This document shows positions 20,455 through 29,488 of a DNA stretch of 64,000 bases, in pieces. The stretch is from the NCBI GenBank assembly GCA_964486045.1, contig CAZALK010000001.1, positions 904,242 to 968,241 on the forward strand, in the 5' to 3' direction. How positions within the stretch are numbered: the first letter of the stretch is position 1; each line of letters opens with the position of its first letter. A program made the position numbers and the translations under genes. The notes below the pieces were generated by a model. It made no database searches, was not told the DNA's origin, and was given only the letters and a program-made list of their open reading frames with translations. This DNA is from an uncultured archaeon (GTDB lineage Archaea; Asgardarchaeota; Lokiarchaeia; Sigyniarchaeales; SOKP01).

Positions 20455-21399
20455 ATGGTATTTTTAGTTACTGGTGGTGCGGGGTTTATTGGACGGTGGG
20501 TTGTAAAGAAATTATTATCAATGGAAAGAGACATCGTTGTAATTGATAATTTAAGTAATGGTAGTAAAGAAAACTTATTGGAATTTAATGAAAATTTGCA
20601 TTTAAAAGAAATCATTGTAGAAGATATAAGAAATAATAAAATTCTCGATGACTTGTTTTTAAAATATAGATTTAATTGTTGTATTCATTTAGCAGCTCAA
20701 ATAAATGTACAAGAAAGCTTAGAAAATCCTGAGAAATCGTTTGAATATAATGTCATAGGAACCTATAATCTCTTAGAAACTGCTCGTAAATATCAAACAA
20801 AAGTAGTTATTGTAGGAACATGTATGGTGTATGATTTAGCAGAATCGGTTATACCAATATCTGAGTCACATAGAACTAAGCCATCTTCTCCTTATGCCGG
20901 ATCTAAATTGGCAGCAGAGGATTTAGCTCTATCTTATTTTTACGGATTTAATTTACCAGTTGTTATATTAAGACCTTTTAACACTTATGGTCCATTTCAA
21001 AAAACTGATATGGAGGGCGGAGTTGTTCCTATATTTGTTAAGAATAAGATCAACAATGAAAAGTTAAAGGTATTTGGGGACGGAACTCAGACCAGAGATT
21101 TATTATATGTTGAGGATTGCGCTGAATTTATAGTAAAAGCGTCAGAATGCGAAAAATGTGTTGGGGAAGTTATTAATGCTGGAATAGGAGAAGATATTTC
21201 TATTAATGATTTAGCAAAATTAATTATTAGTGATGAGAACCTTATTGAACATGTTAAACATCATCACCCACAGAGCGAAATCATGAAACTAGTATGTAAT
21301 AACTTAAAAGCAAAGACATTATTAAAATGGGAACCAAAGATTTCATTAGAAGAGGGGATTGCTAGATTAGAAGAATGGATTCGTGGAGGTGAAAGATAA
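20455..21399 (+). CDS. NAD-dependent epimerase/dehydratase, Pal-like
   Basis: GGAGFIGRWVVK, HLAAQINVQES, TCMVY, PYAGSK, RPFNTYGPFQK, HPQSEI. Confidence 0.85.
   Translation: MVFLVTGGAGFIGRWVVKKLLSMERDIVVIDNLSNGSKENLLEFNENLHLKEIIVEDIRNNKILDDLFLKYRFNCCIHLAAQINVQESLENPEKSFEYNVIGTYNLLETARKYQTKVVIVGTCMVYDLAESVIPISESHRTKPSSPYAGSKLAAEDLALSYFYGFNLPVVILRPFNTYGPFQKTDMEGGVVPIFVKNKINNEKLKVFGDGTQTRDLLYVEDCAEFIVKASECEKCVGEVINAGIGEDISINDLAKLIISDENLIEHVKHHHPQSEIMKLVCNNLKAKTLLKWEPKISLEEGIARLEEWIRGGER
21385..21392 (+). promoter_or_regulatory. Shine-Dalgarno site of pseC
   Basis: GGAGGTGA immediately upstream of ATA ATA (21396/21399). Confidence 0.7.
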
Positions 21400-22592
21400 T
21401 AGAAAAACCAGCAATAGAAGGGGGAAAACCAGTTAGAGCGAATTTTCTTCCCTATGGAACCCAATGGTTAGATGATGATGAAATTGATGAAGTTGTAAAT
21501 ACATTAAAATCTAACTGGATTACTACTGGTCCTAAAATGAGACTTTTCGAGGAAAATTTTAATAAATATATTGGATCTAAATACGCAGTAGCTGTTAATT
21601 CTGGAACTGCCGCTTTACATGTATCTACTTCAAGTATTGACATAAATCCAGGAGATGAAGTAATTACTACCCCTTTAACGTTTGTTGCATCTGCGAATTG
21701 CATAGTTTATCGAGGGGGAACTCCAGTTTTTGCTGATATCAAAGAGGACACGTACAATATTAATCCTCTTGAGATTAAGAAAAAAATAAATTCAAAGACG
21801 AAGGCAATAATCCCTGTGCATTTTGCAGGTCAACCTTGCGATATGGATGAAATACATGAAATTGCTAATGAAAACGATCTGTATATAATTGAAGATGCCG
21901 CACACGCAATAGATGCAGAATATAAAGGGAAAAAAATAGGTAATCTCAGTGATTTAACAATTTTTAGTTTCCATCCTGTAAAAAATATCACCACAGCAGA
22001 GGGTGGTATGGTTACAACTAATAATGAGGAATTATATGAAAAGTTAGTAATGTTTAGAACTCATGGAATCACAAAGGATACTATAAAAAGATTTGGTAAG
22101 GAAGGGGGTTTTTATTATGATATGCAACACTTAGGATTTAGATATAACTTAAGCGAACTTCATTCTTCTTTAGGAATTCATCAGTTAAGGAAACTCAAAT
22201 CCTTTCAGAAAAGAAGAAGGGAAATTGTCAAAATTTATAACAAAGAATTAAATACAAATGATCTAATTAAAATTCCATTTGTAAAGGAAAATGTTAAACA
22301 CTCTTGGCATCTCTACATAATTCAATTAAATTTGGAAAATCTGAAGGTTGATAGAGATCATATTTTTAAAGCTCTTAGAGAAGAAAATATAGGCGTCAAT
22401 GTTCACTATATTCCAGTCCACTACCATTCATTTTATTATGAAAAATTTGGATTAAGAAAAGGGATATTACCAAAAGTAGAAAATTTATTTCCAAGATTAC
22501 TAACGATTCCGCTATTTCCTAAAATGAGTGATAAGGATGTTAATGATGTTATAAATGCTTTGGAAAAAGTTCTGAATTATTATCGAAAATAA
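21396..22592 (+). CDS. pseC: DegT/DnrJ/EryC1 aminotransferase (PseC-like); N-terminus extended upstream of the ORF-track start
   Basis: NSGTAALH, EDAAHA, SFHPVKNITTAEGG; in-frame upstream sequence IIEKPAIEGGKPVRANFLPYGTQWLDDDEIDEVVNTLKSNWITTGPK is the conserved N-terminus. Confidence 0.88.
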   Translation: MIEKPAIEGGKPVRANFLPYGTQWLDDDEIDEVVNTLKSNWITTGPKMRLFEENFNKYIGSKYAVAVNSGTAALHVSTSSIDINPGDEVITTPLTFVASANCIVYRGGTPVFADIKEDTYNINPLEIKKKINSKTKAIIPVHFAGQPCDMDEIHEIANENDLYIIEDAAHAIDAEYKGKKIGNLSDLTIFSFHPVKNITTAEGGMVTTNNEELYEKLVMFRTHGITKDTIKRFGKEGGFYYDMQHLGFRYNLSELHSSLGIHQLRKLKSFQKRRREIVKIYNKELNTNDLIKIPFVKENVKHSWHLYIIQLNLENLKVDRDHIFKALREENIGVNVHYIPVHYHSFYYEKFGLRKGILPKVENLFPRLLTIPLFPKMSDKDVNDVINALEKVLNYYRK

Positions 22593-22797
22593 AAAAAGAT
22601 TTAATCTTTTATTTTTCCTTGCATTCGTTTCTATTTAAGAAATGAGGTATTCCTTATTTTTCATTGATCTTAAATATATATTATAATTAACTCATTAAGT
22701 ATTAGAGTAAGTAATAAAAAGAATCAAGTATATTGATAGTGTAGCGTAAAGACTTACCCGAAGATAATATTTTAACTTTATAAATTGAGTTTATAAA

Positions 22798-23862
22798 ATG
22801 GAAAAGAAAGAAGTAGATCTTTATTTTGGCTTTCAAGAAGTTAAAAGCGACAATGCGATCAATTGGGAGAAGAGTCGTTCAGAAGCATATAAAGAATATA
22901 GGAAAAAATGGGATGAGATACCTAAAACGCTTAAAATACCAAAATTTCCATTACATTTAGATATTGAAGCTTCTAATAAGTGTAATCTCAAATGTCCAAT
23001 GTGTCCAAGGACAGTCCGAATTACTGAAGGAAAATGGAGAGCTGAAAGAAATTTTAACTTTTCTTTGTATAAAAAGGTTTTGGATGAAGGTGGAAAGAAA
23101 GGATTATGTGCATTAAATTTAAATCATTCAGGAGAGCCTTTACTTCATCCATCTTTGCCAGAAATGATAAAATATGCAAAAGATGTAGGGATACTTGATG
23201 TTTTTTTTCATACTAATGGTACTTTACTGACAGAAAAGATGTCTAGAAAACTGGTAACCTCAGGCCTTGATAGAATGGTGATTTCTTTTGATTCACCATA
23301 CAGAGAAAAATATAATAGAATTAGGATTGGAGCCGATTATGATCAAGTTTTCGATAATATTAAAAAAATGAAAGATGTAAAAAAAGAATTAAAAAGTCTT
23401 ACACCGATAACTCGAATCAATATGGTAAAATTCCTGGATATTGAAAAAAAAGAAATTGATGATGCGGTAAATTTGTTCTCTAAAATTGTCGATATAGTCG
23501 GATTTTTAGATTATGTAGACTATGATCTCGTATTTAGCAATATAGGAAACAAAATTGAATTTCCTGAAAATTACATATCAAATTTTATTTGTACCCAACC
23601 ACTCACAAGAATGACATTATATGAAGATGGCAGAGTTTTCCCATGTTGTTGGGATAGTTATGAGCTTTATTGTATAGGAGATGTAAATAAAAATAGTCTT
23701 GAAAATATTTGGACATCTGACAAATTAGAATTCCTCAGAAAGAAGCACTCAGAGGGTAAATTCTTTGAAATCCCTATGTGTAAGAATTGTATTTATGCAC
23801 TAGAATCTGATAATTTTTCTAAGAAAATTATTCAATCTTCTCATGGTAGAAAGAAATATTAA
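22798..23862 (+). CDS. radical SAM/SPASM(twitch) protein
   Basis: CNLKCPMC, SGEPLLHP, HTNG, DGRVFPCC, C-terminal CKNC. Confidence 0.9.
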   Translation: MEKKEVDLYFGFQEVKSDNAINWEKSRSEAYKEYRKKWDEIPKTLKIPKFPLHLDIEASNKCNLKCPMCPRTVRITEGKWRAERNFNFSLYKKVLDEGGKKGLCALNLNHSGEPLLHPSLPEMIKYAKDVGILDVFFHTNGTLLTEKMSRKLVTSGLDRMVISFDSPYREKYNRIRIGADYDQVFDNIKKMKDVKKELKSLTPITRINMVKFLDIEKKEIDDAVNLFSKIVDIVGFLDYVDYDLVFSNIGNKIEFPENYISNFICTQPLTRMTLYEDGRVFPCCWDSYELYCIGDVNKNSLENIWTSDKLEFLRKKHSEGKFFEIPMCKNCIYALESDNFSKKIIQSSHGRKKY

Positions 23863-23950
23863 AAAGTGGATTTTAAAAAAAACTTTTTATCAATATACCA
23901 CTTAAACAGAATTAGTAATGGTAATAATTAAAATCAAGATTTAAGTTTCT

Positions 23951-24946
23951 TTGCGTATGGAAAAATCTGAAAAACGAATAATGATTGTAGGAGTCGGGAA
24001 TATTGGAAGCCGACATTTACAGGCTTTAAAGGCCATTAATATTCCATTAGACATTTTTGTGATAGATCCAAATCCTGATTCATTAAAGCAAGCAAAAGAA
24101 ATGTATGATTCAATGCCCTCAAACAAACAAATTCATGAAGTTACTTATACAAGCTCAATTAAAAAACTTGGTCAAGAAATTGATATAGCAATTATCGCTA
24201 CTAATTCGGATATCAGGAGAAAGGTTATTGAGAAGTTAATTGAATTTAATCAAGTAAATAATTTTCTTTTAGAAAAATTACTATTCCAAAAAGTAGAAGA
24301 TTATCATTTCATTAAGGATCTCCTAAAAATAAATAATTGTCGTGCATGGGTTAATTGTAATAGAAGAATTACACCAACTTATAATAACAAAATAAAAAAT
24401 TGGTTTAATAAGAAAAAATTATTTTATTATAACATCTCTGGAAGCCTTTATGGCTTAATGACTAATGTTATTCATGAAATAGATTATATGACATATCTTC
24501 TCGAATCTAATGATTTTTATGTTGACACAACTTATTTGGATAGTAAACTCATCCAAAGTAAGAGAAAAGGATTTCTAGAAATGACTGGAATTTTACAAAT
24601 TCATTTTAAAAATGGTAGTCATGGTTTTTTTGCTCGATATCCTTCAGGAAGGCTTTCAGAAATGACGATAATTGAGTCAGATACAGACCGTTGTATTATA
24701 AACCTAATAGAGGAAGTATCATGGATCAAAAACATTCAAAAACTAGGATGGAAAACATTTAATGCGATGTTAACCTATCAGAGTGAATTAACTACTACAA
24801 TCATAGAAAATATACTAAATAAAGATAAAAGTTATTTACCCTCTTATAAAAATTCGATGACAATTCATCTGAAATTACTTGAACCTATATTAGAATTTAT
24901 AAATAAAAATTCTTTTCAAAAATTTGATATTTTTCCATTTACATAA
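23951..24946 (+). CDS. Gfo/Idh/MocA-family oxidoreductase
   Basis: GVGNIGSRHLQ, IIATNS, LLEK, WVNCNRR; probable start ATG 23957. Confidence 0.82.
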   Translation: MRMEKSEKRIMIVGVGNIGSRHLQALKAINIPLDIFVIDPNPDSLKQAKEMYDSMPSNKQIHEVTYTSSIKKLGQEIDIAIIATNSDIRRKVIEKLIEFNQVNNFLLEKLLFQKVEDYHFIKDLLKINNCRAWVNCNRRITPTYNNKIKNWFNKKKLFYYNISGSLYGLMTNVIHEIDYMTYLLESNDFYVDTTYLDSKLIQSKRKGFLEMTGILQIHFKNGSHGFFARYPSGRLSEMTIIESDTDRCIINLIEEVSWIKNIQKLGWKTFNAMLTYQSELTTTIIENILNKDKSYLPSYKNSMTIHLKLLEPILEFINKNSFQKFDIFPFT

Positions 24947-24969
24947 AATTTTGAGAGGAAAATGATAAT

Positions 24970-25935
24970 ATGACTAATGAACTAAATTATTCAGTCTTAT
25001 TGGTTGGAGCTGGAGAAATGGCAATCGAATACGTAAAAGTTTTAACAGCCATGGAAAAAAATTCTATTATTGTGGGTAGAGGTGAAGAATCTGCGAAGAA
25101 ATTTAAGGAAATTACTGGTCTTAATGTAGAAACAGGAGGAATTAATAATTTTTTAAAAAAAACGAGATGCTCTTCTGAATATGCAATAGTAGCAGTAAAC
25201 GGTAACCAATTAGGAGAGGTAACAAGAGAGCTTATTAAATTTGGTATAAAAAATATCCTTTTAGAAAAACCTGGTGGGCTAGACGATAAAGACATTGAAT
25301 CTGTTGCTGAGTTAACTGATAGATATGAAGCTAATGTATTAATTGCTTATAATCGTCGCTTCTATGCATCAGTATCCAAAGCTAAGGAAATTATTAAAGA
25401 AGATGGAGGTGTAACTTCCTTTTATTTTGAGTTTACAGAATGGAGTCATATAATTGAAAAGGCAAATGTGCCCATAGAAGTTAAGAATCGTTTAGTCCTA
25501 CATAATTCTTCGCATGTAATCGATTTAGCATTCTATTTGGGGGGTGAGCCAATAAATATTAATTGTTATGTTAATGGTGGTTTGAGTTGGCATCCCACGG
25601 CGTCTATATTTACAGGGGCTGGAATCAGTTCCAAAAATGCAATCTTTTCATATCATTCAAATTGGGATGCACCTGGACGATGGGGTGTAGAAATTTTAAC
25701 TAAAAAACATCGACTGATCTTTAGACCTTTAGAGAAACTAAATATTCAAAAAAGAGCAAGTACGGCAATTAAAGAAATTGATATTAACGATGATTTAGAT
25801 ATAAAATTTAAACCAGGTTTATATAGAGAAGTTGAGGCTTTTTTAGGTGATAATGAGAATGAATTCATGACTATTAAACAGCAAGTATCACGATTAGCTG
25901 TTTATAACATGATTATTAAAGGTAATCATAAATAA
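24970..25935 (+). CDS. Gfo/Idh/MocA-family oxidoreductase
   Basis: GAGEMA, LLEKPGG, AYNRRFY, NSSHVIDLAF. Confidence 0.85.
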   Translation: MTNELNYSVLLVGAGEMAIEYVKVLTAMEKNSIIVGRGEESAKKFKEITGLNVETGGINNFLKKTRCSSEYAIVAVNGNQLGEVTRELIKFGIKNILLEKPGGLDDKDIESVAELTDRYEANVLIAYNRRFYASVSKAKEIIKEDGGVTSFYFEFTEWSHIIEKANVPIEVKNRLVLHNSSHVIDLAFYLGGEPININCYVNGGLSWHPTASIFTGAGISSKNAIFSYHSNWDAPGRWGVEILTKKHRLIFRPLEKLNIQKRASTAIKEIDINDDLDIKFKPGLYREVEAFLGDNENEFMTIKQQVSRLAVYNMIIKGNHK

Positions 25936-25976
25936 AGTGCAAATTTTTAATATAAAAATCAAAGACAATATTTTAA

Positions 25977-27125
25977 TTATATTTCTAATAAGTTAAGATA
26001 GAATTCCCGTACAATATCTTCAGGAATTGTTTTAATTTTATAACTAAAATCTTTTGAGCAAACTTGATCTATAGCTCTTTTTGTATTTTTATCAAAATTT
26101 TCATTAAAAACCCAAAAATTTTTAAAATTTGGCTTTATATTTTTAAATTTATTAAACATATTAATACCTCTGAGTATAGCATTATCAATAAAAGGAACAC
26201 CAATTTTAGTTAAATCCATATATGCGCTAGTATCAAAACCAATTACTAACGTTGAAATGAGAGGATAGAAGGTTGCTTCTGCTGGATACCATATGTCATC
26301 ATAAATTATTAAATCTGCTCCAATTTTCTTTGGAACACGTTGATCTTTTTTTCTTTGTTTAATTAAGATAAAAAAGTTTTTACTTTTAAGATATTTTATA
26401 ATAGAGCGTACTAATCTTACGTGGCCATAAAAAGGAAAGAAAATTAAAGCAATCTTCTTATCTGTATCAATTTTATTTCTTGCAAAATCTATTTGTCTAT
26501 TAATATTTGAAAAAGCAACTGGTAAGGGAGTAACTAAAAATTGTGCGTTGTATCTAGACTGAAAGTGTAATCCATACTCCTCTGAGGAGCATAAAAATAT
26601 AGTCTTTGAATCATAATTTTTAATTTCATCAAAACCGTGATGTATTGCATAATGTTTTTTGTAATCAAACTTATCGCTATCTAAACAATTTATACTAAAA
26701 AGAACATCACATTCTATTTTTTTTTTGGTCAAAGGAATAATTTTAGTGGGATTTAAGGAAGATGCAATATTTTTAAATTTTTCATAGTTCTTTTTGTGTA
26801 GCAAATCATTGTATTTAGCTCTAACATTGGTTATGCATAAAAAAATTGCTTTATTCTTTTCATCTTTTATTAATTCAATTATCGGACCAAAATATTTGAA
26901 ACATCCTAAACCGTTACACACTGCAAAACATACTTTTATTGTTTTATCCTCGTAATCTTCGTAAATCTCCAATAATTCTTTTTCTCCTATAGAGTCAAAT
27001 TTGTTAATTTTTTTAGTATTTTTTTTTATCTTTGATTCTAATTTTTTTAAGCTATCAGATTTAGTGATTTCTATAACTCTATTTAGAATCTTCAGAATAA
27101 AGTCGAAAATTATTTTAAGATTCAT
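25977..27125 (-). CDS. hypothetical protein, possibly GT-B fold
   Basis: 382 aa ORF with alternating beta/alpha pattern; IHHGFD and GFDTSAYMD..GVPFID segments resemble GT-B C-terminal domains. Confidence 0.55.
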   Translation of the reverse strand: MNLKIIFDFILKILNRVIEITKSDSLKKLESKIKKNTKKINKFDSIGEKELLEIYEDYEDKTIKVCFAVCNGLGCFKYFGPIIELIKDEKNKAIFLCITNVRAKYNDLLHKKNYEKFKNIASSLNPTKIIPLTKKKIECDVLFSINCLDSDKFDYKKHYAIHHGFDEIKNYDSKTIFLCSSEEYGLHFQSRYNAQFLVTPLPVAFSNINRQIDFARNKIDTDKKIALIFFPFYGHVRLVRSIIKYLKSKNFFILIKQRKKDQRVPKKIGADLIIYDDIWYPAEATFYPLISTLVIGFDTSAYMDLTKIGVPFIDNAILRGINMFNKFKNIKPNFKNFWVFNENFDKNTKRAIDQVCSKDFSYKIKTIPEDIVREFYLNLLEI

Positions 27126-27664
27126 AAGTAATTTTTCAATTGTTAATACTTAGATATTAGCTTGACTAATTTAATTATTTTATCAATTGACTAATTATGC
27201 ACTTGAACTATAGCAGAAAGCTTTCAAACCGTTTATTATAACTCGAAAACATACAAGAACGCTAAATTTCAACCGCGTTTAAATTTAGAGGCCGGAAAAA
27301 CACGATACAAAAGTATTGAACTTAATATTTATTTCATTCATGTTTATAATTATTTGTAAGATCTTAGCAAATTTGTTTTAAAAAATAGAATTTGCCTGAT
27401 ACAGGTAATATTAGCACCATTTCCTAAAAAAATAGTTTATACATTTAAAATTAAGTCTTTAGGATTTATTACCATTCGCTAATTCTTACATCCAGATGAT
27501 GTGGGTTGAAACGGTTTTGGTTTTTGAATTAAAGTTAACTACTAATAAAGATCGGGATAAAATGTGAGTAAATATTGCATTTTTTTTTGTAAGTAAAAAA
27601 TAGAATACGTAAATAGCTGTTAAAGTTTGGTAAAAAATAAATAGTTAATAATTATTCCACAATT

Positions 27665-28429
27665 ATGCATTTTAAATTTTGGTTGAAAACATATTTATAT
27701 CGCTTTATTCCATTTAATATAGGGCATCTACATAAATATAAAGAACCTAACTATGACTTCAGTCGTGATAAACATCCTGTTCGAAAAAAACATCATGGAG
27801 GTGGTGGTTGGGAAAATCAAATGCAAGAAGATTTTCATTACCGTGATTATGAAGATTATGAAGAATATAAAATTCATCAAATACAGAAATTTAATGAAAT
27901 ATTAAAAATCGGTTATTTTTCTAATCGAACAATATATTTTTACCGAATAAAATTTTATAAAACTTTTTATAATTTATCAAAATACGTGCCAAAATCTTCT
28001 TATATTCTATGCGCTGGTGCTCGTCAGGGAACCGAAGTAGAAGTTTTACAAGATCTTGGATTTAAGAAAGCTTATGGAATTGATTTAAATCCCGGACCAA
28101 ATAATAAATTTGTCAAATTTGGGGATTTCATGCATTTAGAGAATCCCAACTCCTCCTTAGATATGATTTACTGCAATTGTCTTGATCACGCATATAATCT
28201 TGAATCATTTTTTACTGAGCATGCACGTGTAATAAAACCAAAAGGATTTGTATTGTATCATATACCATTAAGAGGTGGAGGTCCATTTGAATCTGTTAAT
28301 TGGAAATCTAGTACATCAATTATTATCCTAATGCTTAAATTCTTTAAAAGAATTATAAAAGTAGAGACAGAATTCAATCTAAAATGGATCTTATTACAAG
28401 GGAAAAAGAATGCAACGAATCAATTATAA
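27665..28429 (+). CDS. SAM-dependent methyltransferase
   Basis: ILCAGARQGTEV, GIDLNPG, GDFMHL, NCLDHA, RVIKPKG. Confidence 0.82.
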   Translation: MHFKFWLKTYLYRFIPFNIGHLHKYKEPNYDFSRDKHPVRKKHHGGGGWENQMQEDFHYRDYEDYEEYKIHQIQKFNEILKIGYFSNRTIYFYRIKFYKTFYNLSKYVPKSSYILCAGARQGTEVEVLQDLGFKKAYGIDLNPGPNNKFVKFGDFMHLENPNSSLDMIYCNCLDHAYNLESFFTEHARVIKPKGFVLYHIPLRGGGPFESVNWKSSTSIIILMLKFFKRIIKVETEFNLKWILLQGKKNATNQL

Positions 28430-28583
28430 TATTAATATTTAATTCAAAGAAATCAAATTTTGTTTGATTAAATGAGATTTTCACATTTATGAATTATATC
28501 CTTATTTTAAAATTAAACTCATTCAAAGATAAATAGTCCTAAGAAGAATATATATAAATTAAATATCAAATTATTATTTAAAA

Positions 28584-29416
28584 ATGAGATATTATGATGA
28601 GATTAATAAAAGGCTACTTTACTTTAGAAAAAAAGTAGATGGAAAAGACTTATGGGATAATCATTGGTTAAAAACTTTAAATGAAGACAGAAAATTAATA
28701 TATTCTTATAAGCCAAAATCTTTGGTTTGTAAAATAACTTCTAAATTTTTGACTCCCAGAGATGGACCTATACTTGAAGGTGGGTGTGGATTAGGATATA
28801 ATGTATATCACTTAAGTAAACTGAATTATAAAATTATTGGTGTTGATAACGCTAATAAAACTATAGAATTAATTAAAAAACAGAATCCCGAATTAAATTT
28901 TCAATTTGGGGATGTAAGAAAATTATCATATCAAAAAAATTATTTTGCAGGATACTGGTCATTAGGTGTAATAGAGCATTTTTTTGATGGCTTTTCTCAA
29001 ATCGCTTTAGAAATGAAGAGGGTTATAAAACCAAACGGTTTTTTATTTCTTACATTTCCATATATGTCGCCGTTTAGGAAATTGAAAGTAAAGTTTCACT
29101 TCTTCAAAATATTTAATAATACATATTACGAAAAATTCAAAAAACTAAGAATTTCTATCAGTTTATTCTTAATAAGAAAAATATTGTTGAGATTTTTGAA
29201 AAAATTGGCTTCATTCATAAATATACATCCAAGGAGGGGGGCATAAAAGGATTTAAAGATGAAATCTTCTTTTTAAAATTTTTTCTGAAAAGATTTTTTC
29301 AATTGCTCTATAAAGCCAATAAACCAAAAATAGTCAATAAAATAAAGAGATTAATAGATAAGGTTTTTAGCAAATTTACAGCTCATACCATTGTTTTAGT
29401 ATTTCAAAAGGCTTAA
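28584..29416 (+). CDS. class I SAM-dependent methyltransferase, split by a 1-nt frameshift near 29131-29144
   Basis: LEGGCGLG, SLGVIEHF, RVIKPNG; the -1 frame continues KNFYQF...AHTIVLVFQKA* to 29416. Confidence 0.8.
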
Positions 29417-29488
29417 ATTTTACAATAAAAAAAACTATTATAATTAACACCTATAAAATTCATAAATTAGCTGATTTAAACTAATAAT

